Shown here: piece after piece, positions 20,259-28,320 of the stretch
Layout of the letters: each line of letters begins with the position of its first letter
Numbering within the stretch: position 1 is the first letter of the stretch
Origin: a virus
Taxonomy: Duplodnaviria; Caudoviricetes
Strand: one strand, 5' to 3'
Virus record (IMG/VR): IMGVR_UViG_3300027890_000010
Span: 1-28,320 of that record
Length of the DNA: 28,320 bases
Program-made: the position numbers and the translations under genes
Notes under the pieces: generated by a model
The model's input: the letters and a program-made list of their open reading frames with translations, nothing else
What the model was told of the DNA's origin: nothing
Database searches by the model: none

Positions 20259-21127
20259 TGTATCTCCAGATCCTCAAGAGCAACGACTGTCATTTACCTG
20301 CCGGTAGTCCTGATGGTACCGGGGGTCAGTTCTGTTCTTCTGGGGATTCTTTGTATGGGGATACCGGTATCTATGGGGGAAGTAATGCTATTACTCCAAG
20401 AAGCAAAGGGGGTATGTGGATAGCTGAAAAATATCTTGATGTAGATACCTCTACTGAGTATGGGCAAAAAATTCAGTTGCGGTTGTATCAAATTGAGAGT
20501 GAAGCAAAGATTTGGGGTTTTCCTCTTGAAAAGATCTACATCATAAGTGGGATAACCTATTTTGAGGTAAATGGTAAACGGTATAGAACAGGTGGGTTAG
20601 CTTATACAACTTCCGACACCCCTTCAGTTAGAGGGTCAATTGAAGTCTATCTTGATACTATGCTTGATACGGATACTGGTGCTAGAAATCTCATTGCTCA
20701 TGAGATAATGCACCACAAGTTTCAGGCAGTCATTAACAGTTACGAAGAACAGATAAAAGAGCTTCGGATGAAGTTTGTTTCCGATTATAATTTTGATGAC
20801 CCTAAAAATCAGGATTATCTGAAGAAGAACTACCCTCTAATACCTGCCTTTCGTAAGGCGTATGTAAACAAGTCTAAGGCTAGGTTTGAGAAAGAAGATG
20901 GGATAACTGCCTATAGTAGGGACTGGTGGGGGGCTTATAAAAACGGTGAGGCAACCACTCTTCAGGCTTTTCATGAAACCTTAGCTGAATATGGGTCTTT
21001 GATGGTAAATAGTTGGTCTTCTATTCCTAAGCGGTCTGTGTGGACTGAGCTTTTTAAGGTTGTTGATAAGTACTCTAAAGACAAGAAGGTGATGGATCAG
21101 TACTTGGGGAATTGGAAGGCCCCGTAG
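20258..21127 (+). CDS. Tagged zincin-like metallopeptidase
   Basis: IAHEIMHH (HExxH), ITAYS, HETLAE; starts MYLQILKSNDCHLPAGSPDGTGGQFC. Confidence 0.78.
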   Translation: MYLQILKSNDCHLPAGSPDGTGGQFCSSGDSLYGDTGIYGGSNAITPRSKGGMWIAEKYLDVDTSTEYGQKIQLRLYQIESEAKIWGFPLEKIYIISGITYFEVNGKRYRTGGLAYTTSDTPSVRGSIEVYLDTMLDTDTGARNLIAHEIMHHKFQAVINSYEEQIKELRMKFVSDYNFDDPKNQDYLKKNYPLIPAFRKAYVNKSKARFEKEDGITAYSRDWWGAYKNGEATTLQAFHETLAEYGSLMVNSWSSIPKRSVWTELFKVVDKYSKDKKVMDQYLGNWKAP

Positions 21128-21130
21128 ACA

Positions 21131-21862
21131 ATGATTGAGCACACTACAGTCAGTGGTAAGCCAGCTACCGTAGCCTATATCAAGGCTGACTTTACTCCGT
21201 GTTCACAGAAAGAAGCTGAGCTTATTAGGGTTCATTGGGACGATGGTAATACGGCTTTCCTGGTAGCAGAGAAGAAAGAATACAACAGCATTTTGAAGAG
21301 CAATCCCTGCCATGAACCTGCGGGGAGCCCTAAAGGTGGTCAGTTTTGTAGTGTTGGGTTTGAGCAGAATATCCTTAATAGTTTGGGTGAACGGTACCCA
21401 CACCTTAAGAAGGTTAAGGTGGAGATATCAGATTTTATAGCTAGTCTGGATAATGTATTGGCTACAAAATCTAGAACCAAACTACTGCTTAACTCAAAGA
21501 TGTGGAATAGTGATGCGTTTTGGGAAAGCAGAAAAAAGGAGTGGGATGGTCTGATTTCTGATCCATCAAAAGAGGGTACTGTCTTACATGAGATAGGACA
21601 CATACTAGATGGTCAGGTGTTAGATAAGCTTGGGTCGGATAAGTATCAAGAGTTGTTAGAAAAGCATATACCCAAAGGAGAATTGTGGAATTACTTCACA
21701 ACTCCGTATGGACAAGAACACATATCTGAGATGATTGCTGAGGCGTTTGTTATTAGAGAAAAGCAGATTAAACTACCTAATACTAGAGAGGAATTTCAGA
21801 ATAGCATCCTTAAGAAGTCCAATGAACTTTGGGCTGATCTAGATAAGGCTTTAAGTCAATGA
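21131..21862 (+). CDS. Small N-terminal domain, tag, then zincin-like metallopeptidase
   Basis: Tag at 21281; VLHEIGHILD (HExxH), TPYG, EMIAEAF. Confidence 0.8.
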   Translation: MIEHTTVSGKPATVAYIKADFTPCSQKEAELIRVHWDDGNTAFLVAEKKEYNSILKSNPCHEPAGSPKGGQFCSVGFEQNILNSLGERYPHLKKVKVEISDFIASLDNVLATKSRTKLLLNSKMWNSDAFWESRKKEWDGLISDPSKEGTVLHEIGHILDGQVLDKLGSDKYQELLEKHIPKGELWNYFTTPYGQEHISEMIAEAFVIREKQIKLPNTREEFQNSILKKSNELWADLDKALSQ

Positions 21863-24441
21863 TCCTGGTATCTAAGGAAGTTCTTTCTAGATGCAGAAAA
21901 CGTCTAGCCACGATTACTTCTGTACAGAAGTCTAATCCTTGTCATGAGCCAGCCGGTAGCCCGAAAGGGGGTCAGTTCTGTTCTACTGGTGGGCTATCCC
22001 CCCTAATATCCAAGTCTCTTGAGGGGTTCAATGGCTGGCTTCTTCAACGGCAGAAGAAGAGCAATACCGAGTCAGCCGTAGTCTTTGGTGAGGATGGGGA
22101 GCCTATCTTCTCCCAGCAAGGCCAAAGCAATCATGTAAGTTTCAATGGTGAGCAGGTAGCCAAGATGAAGGGGGGCTACCTCACTCACAATCATCCTGGG
22201 GTTCGGTGGCCCGGATTATCTGACGGTGATCTTGTGATGGCTAGTCAGGCTGGCCTAAAGGGGGTCTTTGCTTGTACGGAAGACGGCTCTTTGTTTGGGG
22301 CTAAGGTCCCTTCATCGTCTGAGCTACCTGGGGTAATCCCCGACATCCGTAGTGCAACTGAATTCATCAGGAGCCTGACTCAGTACATGGCTGAGAATGC
22401 CCTCAAGAAACGGTTGGGTGTAGCCAACCTGGGACATGAGTTCTGGACCAACCGTAATGAACTTGGGGCTGCACAAAGCTACCTCATCAATGCCGTACTT
22501 CACGACATGGGTCTCATTACCCTCACTGTATCTAAGTGGGGTACTACCCTGGAGAAGGCTGATCGGATGTTGGGGGGCCTGGATAAGATCCGACAAGAAA
22601 TCAAAGACGGTATAGCCAACCCCCCGAAGGTACCAAAGAACAGTGATCCTGAGGTGAACCTAGCCTCTTTGCGGTTAGATCAATTGCACTCAATTGCACG
22701 GGGAGTACAGAGACGGCGGGAGGCGGCTGAGGACTATGCCACGGTTCTCAAGTACAACAAGTGCCACCAACCGGCGGGGTCCCCGAAAGGGGGGCAGTTC
22801 TGCTCAGCAAATGATGCAGGACAGATCTCTTCGGCTGACATAAATAAAGCTCAAAAGCAGTTGAAGGATTTTCAAGACCTGTTTGGTACCAGTGGAGGGT
22901 ATAACACCGATGGTGATGAGGACGGGTCAAAAGCAAAGATCCGTGTGCAAAAGTTATTGGTGCAGAAGTTCATGAATGACCCTGAGGGTCTTAACTTGTA
23001 CAAAGATGCCATGAAAGAGCATCATGGTATAGTCTTTACTAATATAGATGATGTGTATGAGTCTATCGTTAAGCTTGTAGATAATAAATTCAATGTTCCA
23101 GTTCATTTGTTACAGGGAGGGGAACTAGATAGGAAAAACCAATTAACTAATACAATACTAAAAGCCATTTCTGAAGTTTATGGTCTGGCAGATGAGCAGG
23201 CATTGCCTTTTGCAAAAGAGTTAGTTAGGCATGGATATGAGTCTCTATACATGCCTGAGCAATTCAAGTCTTTATTTCATAATTTGACCCTCTTGGCTGA
23301 TACCGATTCTTTAGGGGGTTCTGAAGGTCGGTTAGCTGGTGACCTAGCTAAACGAATGCACTCTATGATGGAGGATGGTGGTAAATCTGTTGAAAATAGA
23401 TTTTGGGAAAGATCCTTAAACCAATCAGTTTATGGGTGGGTACATCAGTGGGCACAATCTTCAGGTGACAACAATCCTGGGTCCATTGCCATGCAACTTG
23501 CCGTAGCCTTAGAGTTCGATACTGGTGTCAGTAGTGTGAAGTATCTGATTGGAAAAGGTGCTGCTTACAAGCAGGCAAGGGAGATGTATGACACTTGGGG
23601 AAAGGTGTATCAGAAGTTTGTCCGGTATCAGTACGAAGCTACCCAGGAGTTTTTTAAGAAGCATGGCATCACAGAGGTGTATTTGTTCCGGGGAGTAGGT
23701 CTTCCCCAAGAGGCATTAGGAAAACCGTTGAAGACCACTTCTTTTACCAAGTTTGGTAGGGGGCAATACATTTCTAATGACAGTGGTATTCCAAAGTTGT
23801 ATCCCTATTCTGTAGGTACGGTGAAGGTTGGGTCTGCTGAGTTTGATATGCAACCAGCTTCTTCCTTTGCTTATTCCTCCTTTGTTGCTTCTTCCTTTAC
23901 TCCCGCCATACCCATTTCTCCTGGTACCCCAGTTAATGCAAAGCTTGATAGGTCTGGGGTAGTTCTTATTACAAAGGTACCTGCGGATCGTATTCTGAGT
24001 ACATCTGAAACTGGTTGGGGATGTAAAGCTGAAGAGGAGATGGTGGTACTTGGAGGAAAGCTACAGGCTAACTATGTGGCCTGGAACCGTACCTATGGAG
24101 AGTACGATAACGACATGTTGTACAAGATGTCTGCTCAATTGCTTCCAGAATATCAGCAGCAAGTTATTACGTCTGATGCTGTTAAGGTGTCTAGCAATTA
24201 CAGAGATGCTATTTCACTAAACATGGTAGAAAACTGGAATAATAAGAACCTCAACTTCAATGAAAGTAGCCCACAAATAGAACGTCTTCAGCCGGCCATG
24301 GTGGTCTACAACGGAGTGGTCAGCGGGCAGTACGATGAGTTCCGAGAGAGTCTGCCGGCTATTGCTTCTAGACTAGAGGCTGCGGCAGAAGCGTACCGAG
24401 TTCAATCGGTAGAGGACATGTGGAAAAAGTGGAGATCATGA
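21859..24441 (+). CDS. Two-module tagged protein: JAB/MPN-like domain plus R-S-E type ADP-ribosyltransferase-like domain
   Basis: Tags at 21913 and 22735. ESAVV...THNHPG...LSDGD (JAB). YLFRGV, QPASSF and EEEMVVLG (R, S, ExE). Confidence 0.75.
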   Translation: MILVSKEVLSRCRKRLATITSVQKSNPCHEPAGSPKGGQFCSTGGLSPLISKSLEGFNGWLLQRQKKSNTESAVVFGEDGEPIFSQQGQSNHVSFNGEQVAKMKGGYLTHNHPGVRWPGLSDGDLVMASQAGLKGVFACTEDGSLFGAKVPSSSELPGVIPDIRSATEFIRSLTQYMAENALKKRLGVANLGHEFWTNRNELGAAQSYLINAVLHDMGLITLTVSKWGTTLEKADRMLGGLDKIRQEIKDGIANPPKVPKNSDPEVNLASLRLDQLHSIARGVQRRREAAEDYATVLKYNKCHQPAGSPKGGQFCSANDAGQISSADINKAQKQLKDFQDLFGTSGGYNTDGDEDGSKAKIRVQKLLVQKFMNDPEGLNLYKDAMKEHHGIVFTNIDDVYESIVKLVDNKFNVPVHLLQGGELDRKNQLTNTILKAISEVYGLADEQALPFAKELVRHGYESLYMPEQFKSLFHNLTLLADTDSLGGSEGRLAGDLAKRMHSMMEDGGKSVENRFWERSLNQSVYGWVHQWAQSSGDNNPGSIAMQLAVALEFDTGVSSVKYLIGKGAAYKQAREMYDTWGKVYQKFVRYQYEATQEFFKKHGITEVYLFRGVGLPQEALGKPLKTTSFTKFGRGQYISNDSGIPKLYPYSVGTVKVGSAEFDMQPASSFAYSSFVASSFTPAIPISPGTPVNAKLDRSGVVLITKVPADRILSTSETGWGCKAEEEMVVLGGKLQANYVAWNRTYGEYDNDMLYKMSAQLLPEYQQQVITSDAVKVSSNYRDAISLNMVENWNNKNLNFNESSPQIERLQPAMVVYNGVVSGQYDEFRESLPAIASRLEAAAEAYRVQSVEDMWKKWRS

Positions 24442-24653
24442 GGGCTAATATGTCATACCATTTAGATCAAGATCTCACTAATGCTGACTGGACCAAGACT
24501 CGGTGGGACCTTCCTGCCTATAAGTCCCCTGCCTTCTTCAGTCTGGTTACCGATTTAGAGCAGTTCAGGACTCTGCCGGTCTACCGGTATGCAGTTGAGA
24601 AAGGCTGGATTGTCAATGATGAGTGGGTAGGACCTTCTAATCCAAAGGGTTAG
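24438..24653 (+). CDS. Small protein, candidate partner/immunity protein of the ART-like domain
   Basis: ATGA coupling with GGAG RBS; NADWTKTRWDLPAYKS...LPVY...DEW; no tag. Confidence 0.7.
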   Translation: MRANMSYHLDQDLTNADWTKTRWDLPAYKSPAFFSLVTDLEQFRTLPVYRYAVEKGWIVNDEWVGPSNPKG

Positions 24654-24672
24654 GAAGTTGTACGCTATTTCC

Positions 24673-24813
24673 ATGCAAAATGTTGCTATAGATGCCCAAA
24701 TCTATTGGCTTGAAATATGGGGGATGGTGACGTTTGCCATCGTGGGCATCTTCTTCTTACTCAGCAGTGGCATAATTTGTTGGGATTGTTGGAAGAAGAG
24801 ACGTAAGAAATGA
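24673..24813 (+). CDS. Small single-pass membrane protein, 46 aa (not in ORF track)
   Basis: Hydrophobic stretch IWGMVTFAIVGIFFLLSSGIICW followed by KKRRKK; coupled to next ORF. Confidence 0.55.
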   Translation: MQNVAIDAQIYWLEIWGMVTFAIVGIFFLLSSGIICWDCWKKRRKK

Positions 24814-24974
24814 ACCACTTTGCCTTCTGTAGTGCTCCCTGTGAGCAGTGGGATTGCCCCCAACACAAGTCAAATGCCGACACTGAAGATCTCACCATCA
24901 AGTGGTACGATTTCCGTGTCTCTTGCCCTGATTACATTGGTCCTGGTTTGGTGAATTCAGAGGATTTTGACTAA
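24810..24974 (+). CDS. Small Cys-rich protein, 54 aa (not in ORF track)
   Basis: MNHFAFCSAPCEQWDCPQH...SCPDY; ATGA and TAATG coupling on both sides. Confidence 0.6.
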   Translation: MNHFAFCSAPCEQWDCPQHKSNADTEDLTIKWYDFRVSCPDYIGPGLVNSEDFD

Positions 24975-25474
24975 TGACTACCTTCACTAACGTACTGAAA
25001 TTCAATCCGTACCATGACCCTAAATCTGGGAAATTTACTTCTGGGTCTGGGGGGACATCTAGTTTTAGTGGTGGCAGTTCTGTTTCTACTAATAGTCTGT
25101 CTAGTGCTCAAGTACCTAACTATGCTGAGTACGATCAGAAGATCCTTGCCGCTGAGGCTGCGGGGGACAAGAAGCTAGCCAAGAAGCTTAGGGATGACAT
25201 GGATCGGGAAGAGGTCGAGTCCCGTGGCTTGGTCCGGGCTAACGATCTGAAGAAGGGGTCCCGAGTTCTGTTGAGGAACGGGTGGGAAGCCGACCTGATT
25301 GACAATGGCAAGGGTAATACCCGGTATGCCAAGGTGTATGGAGACTATACCGAGATGGGTTCGGTTTACACCAAGGATATCCTTGAGGCAAAGGTTGGTG
25401 AGAATTGGAAGAAGGTAGCCTTGTCGGCGGCTCAGCGTAAGGCGGCTAAGAAGATCAGGGCGGCGGGGTGGTGA
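24974..25474 (+). CDS. Tagged protein with Ser/Gly linker and SH3-like C-terminal domain
   Basis: VLKFNPYHDPKSGKFT, then SGSGGTSSFSGGSS, then DLKKGSRVLLRNGWEA. Confidence 0.8.
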   Translation: MTTFTNVLKFNPYHDPKSGKFTSGSGGTSSFSGGSSVSTNSLSSAQVPNYAEYDQKILAAEAAGDKKLAKKLRDDMDREEVESRGLVRANDLKKGSRVLLRNGWEADLIDNGKGNTRYAKVYGDYTEMGSVYTKDILEAKVGENWKKVALSAAQRKAAKKIRAAGW

Positions 25475-25475
25475 G

Positions 25476-25796
25476 ATGAGTTACTTCACTAGGGTTCTAA
25501 AAGCCAACCCCTACCATGACCCTAAGACAGGTCGATTTACTACCGGGCCTTCTAAGGGGGGTGGTAGGTTATCTTCGGCTGGGATGAAATACACCCCACC
25601 TAAAAAGGGTGTTTATGCTTCTACAGATCCTATGACTGGGGAGCGGATTGAAAACGAGTTTGAAAGAACCCCTACTGGTCAATATGCCCGGTATGAACGG
25701 TATGGGCTGGAAGATAAGAAGACTTTCCTTGAGTATCTAACCCCGCATCAATTCCGTAACAGGATGCGACTATTTCATGGTGAAGTCTTTGCGTGA
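25476..25796 (+). CDS. Small tagged hypothetical protein
   Basis: VLKANPYHDPKTGRFT at the N-terminus. Confidence 0.8.
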   Translation: MSYFTRVLKANPYHDPKTGRFTTGPSKGGGRLSSAGMKYTPPKKGVYASTDPMTGERIENEFERTPTGQYARYERYGLEDKKTFLEYLTPHQFRNRMRLFHGEVFA

Positions 25797-26845
25797 TGTA
25801 TTCACGCATTCTCAAAGCTAATCCTAATCATCATCCCGCAGGTACACCTGGGGGTAAGGGTGGTCAGTTTGCTCCTAAGTTAGGACCAAGACCTAAGTTT
25901 GAAGACTATTACACTGGTACTGGTAAGTACGGTGATATAGGAGAAAAAGACTATCAGGAAATGGAGGCTTATCGCACCGCAGAAAAAGCATGGCAGGCTC
26001 AGATGACTCAGGCTGTTGCCAGAGGACAAGTCCCTATAACGGATGCTTATAGAGAGGGCTGGTCCTACACTGAGATGGGGACACATGATATCAAGAATGT
26101 CCGTGAGCTTCCCCCCGAGTTGTACCATGTAACTACGGCTAGAGATTCAGTTCTTGCCTTGGGTCTTAAGACTCGGGATGAGTTGAGTCAGTTCAGTGGT
26201 AAGGGTTTAGGTGGTGGAACATCTAACACCATCTCCTTCACTACTAACAAACAGATTGCCAGGGATATTTTTAGGGCAATGAAGATTGCTCACCGGTTTT
26301 TGAATGACAAGATCTCTGTGGATACTTTGGAGGATGCTGCTCATACTGGGGCTGGGGCAGATAAGCCTTGGACTGCTAATGAGGGTGGCTCAATATCAAC
26401 GTCTTCTTTGGTGGATATGATTCGTACTGGGGTTAGGATTGAGAGAGGTACTTTTGGTGATCCTCCCAGTGACTATAGATTGCATAGCATGGAAAAGATT
26501 CCTGCTTCTGAATGGGAGCCTTTTGGGTATGTTCCTGGGTTTGAAGGAAACCCATTAGGTCGTACCTACAGAAGAAAGCTTTCTCCAGAAGAAGTTGATT
26601 CTTTCAAAATGCAGTATATGAAACGGTGGTTTGCGTTTAGAGAAGCTGCCGGTGGTCCAAGTGATCCTTTGTTCATCTTCAATGATACGGCAGGGTTCAA
26701 GAAGATTCCCGAATCTCAGATATCCATGCTGAAGTACAAACCAAAGCCTAAAGCCATAGGGGCTAAGGTTGCTGGTATGGAGGAGTGGAGAACATCTACT
26801 GGGGATATTGTTATACTCGATAAAATCCTCAAAGATGATGACTGA
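25796..26845 (+). CDS. Tagged protein with ADP-ribosyltransferase-like domain (His-type)
   Basis: ILKANPNHHPAGTPGGKGGQF; LYHVT...VLALGL...ISFTT...EEWR fits the ART strand pattern. ORF is secure, function less so. Confidence 0.62.
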   Translation: MYSRILKANPNHHPAGTPGGKGGQFAPKLGPRPKFEDYYTGTGKYGDIGEKDYQEMEAYRTAEKAWQAQMTQAVARGQVPITDAYREGWSYTEMGTHDIKNVRELPPELYHVTTARDSVLALGLKTRDELSQFSGKGLGGGTSNTISFTTNKQIARDIFRAMKIAHRFLNDKISVDTLEDAAHTGAGADKPWTANEGGSISTSSLVDMIRTGVRIERGTFGDPPSDYRLHSMEKIPASEWEPFGYVPGFEGNPLGRTYRRKLSPEEVDSFKMQYMKRWFAFREAAGGPSDPLFIFNDTAGFKKIPESQISMLKYKPKPKAIGAKVAGMEEWRTSTGDIVILDKILKDDD

Positions 26846-26847
26846 CC

Positions 26848-28320
26848 ATGCCGGTCAAAGCCGAAGCGTTTTTAGCCCTGGAGAAGTCCCTTACTGACAA
26901 GCTTCAGGATTCCTGGAACAGGATCTTTCTTCAAGTTTCTGGGGATGTTCGATCCCTCCTAGATGATGGCAAGGTTCCAGAAGCTTATGTGGTAGCCAAT
27001 GCTCTGTCATTGGACTCCATCGTTACCGACAACCTGCCAGCCCTCAGGTATCTAGCCTACTCGGCACTCTTCTTCGGGGCTTCCCGACTCTCCAGACGGG
27101 AGAGTGTGAGGGATGCAATGATAGGCTCAACGAATCTTGAGCCCACCATTCAGAATACTCTCAAGCTACTCAGCAAGTTCATTCGGTTCAACCTGACCTT
27201 CCAACTGCAACGCAAACTCCTTCAGGTCATTGCTGACCATCAAGCTTCCCAATCGGATACCCTGTTTGGGGAATCGGAGAAGGAAGCCCTCAAGGTCAAG
27301 AAGGCTGAGGAGCCCATCCTTACTCAGGAATTCGTCTCCTTCAAGAAAGAAGGGGACCGGATGTTGCAATTGATTTCATCCCTGCACACCTCCCGAGTGT
27401 CGGCCTATGGCTTTACGATGGAAGCCGACATCCTGGGAGTGGAGACCTATGCGGTCTCTGAGCAGTTGGACAACCGGATCTGTCCGGTGTGTGCCGAGAT
27501 GCACGGAAAGACCTTTCAGGTGCGGGAAGCCTCCGATGCCCTGAACACCATCCTGGCTACCGAAGACCCGGAGATGTTGAAGCTTCTTCAACCCTGGCCT
27601 AAGCAGGATGCCGAGTCCCTTGCCTCACTCAAGGAGATGTCTTCCCAGCAACTGGTTGCCAATAACTGGCACATACCTCCTTACCATCCAAACTGCCGGG
27701 GACTTCTGGTTCACGTAGATAAGGTCCCACGGATAGAAGACACGGCTTCGTACCAAGCTGCCTTTGGCAAGACTCCATCCGCACCGACTCATCTTACCCA
27801 GGAGGAGTTGTTAGCCTTTGCCAGTATTACTTCTGGGTTCTTTGGCCCCCCGGCAGAGCAAGCCAAAGCCATTGTGGATTACTGGAATCAGTACGGGAAT
27901 GGTCAGGACTTCTTCAAGACCTATCAGGACCTGATGGGTTTGAGCAAGGAAGACATGCTCAAGGTAATGGCTATGAATCCGGGGACTGGGAGGTTCCCTG
28001 CCGAGGTGTTCTTCTCTTCCAGGGAACTGGTCTTCAACTATGATGGTCCGCTCTTTGGGTCCCGAGAGTCGGGGCAGTTGCATCTAACCCTGAAGCCACG
28101 GGTAAATGAATTGCATGTGGACCTTGCCGTAGTTCCTTCTTCTACCCAAGCTCAGGGGTTGATGAAGCAGATTCTTCGGTCTTGGATTCCAGTCCTGGAC
28201 CGGTTGGGCATTACCAAGATCTCCCTGCAAGCCAATATTGATATGGGGTCCTATGCGTGGGCTCGGTATGGTTGGCTTCCCGATGCTGGTCAATTGGGAC
28301 CGAGATCCTACTTCCTGGCT
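26848..28320 (+). CDS. MuF (SPP1 gp7-like) head morphogenesis protein fused to a GNAT acetyltransferase-like domain; truncated by window edge (not in ORF track)
   Basis: Frame open from ATG 26848 to the end. DNRICPVCAEMHGK and PPYHPNCR are MuF motifs; QAQGLMKQIL and ANIDMGSYAWARYGW are GNAT-like. Confidence 0.9.
   Translation, partial: MPVKAEAFLALEKSLTDKLQDSWNRIFLQVSGDVRSLLDDGKVPEAYVVANALSLDSIVTDNLPALRYLAYSALFFGASRLSRRESVRDAMIGSTNLEPTIQNTLKLLSKFIRFNLTFQLQRKLLQVIADHQASQSDTLFGESEKEALKVKKAEEPILTQEFVSFKKEGDRMLQLISSLHTSRVSAYGFTMEADILGVETYAVSEQLDNRICPVCAEMHGKTFQVREASDALNTILATEDPEMLKLLQPWPKQDAESLASLKEMSSQQLVANNWHIPPYHPNCRGLLVHVDKVPRIEDTASYQAAFGKTPSAPTHLTQEELLAFASITSGFFGPPAEQAKAIVDYWNQYGNGQDFFKTYQDLMGLSKEDMLKVMAMNPGTGRFPAEVFFSSRELVFNYDGPLFGSRESGQLHLTLKPRVNELHVDLAVVPSSTQAQGLMKQILRSWIPVLDRLGITKISLQANIDMGSYAWARYGWLPDAGQLGPRSYFLA

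Noticed and set aside
20110-20307. 65-aa ORF from the track
   Set aside because: The 20079-20258 frame has an RBS, ATG start and TAATG coupling, and does not overlap the next gene's tag.
22681-22700. Tandem CAATTGCAC repeat
   Set aside because: Two short copies within coding sequence; compatible with chance.

Overview
The window is a fragment of a tailed dsDNA phage genome. Every credible gene is on the + strand and most are translationally coupled. About 1-16.5 kb is an early/replication region with five or six sigma70-type promoters. It carries small hypothetical genes, a PPDK-like dikinase lacking its pyruvate domain, a Zn-ribbon/wHTH regulator, a CsrA-like protein, two Cys-based phosphatases and a family A DNA polymerase. 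The head module follows, with a PBSX-type portal and, at the right edge, a MuF head protein fused to a GNAT domain. The main unexplained signal is a 18-26 aa peptide tag, [FY]xx[IV]LK-x-N-x-[YC]-H-x-P-x(2-7)-G-[RKQ]-F-[TC], present 13 times in 11 otherwise unrelated genes. These sit in two clusters: 2.7-7.3 kb, and 18.3-26.8 kb between portal and MuF. The tag precedes diverse domains: topoisomerase IB, HD hydrolase, RelA/SpoT-like nucleotidyltransferase, three ADP-ribosyltransferase-like domains, two JAB domains, two zinc metallopeptidases and unknown domains. Several are followed by small untagged partner ORFs. My inference, untested, is a modular capsid-packaged effector set with a shared head-targeting and protease-cleavage signal. 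All family calls come from motifs read by eye; no searches were run.
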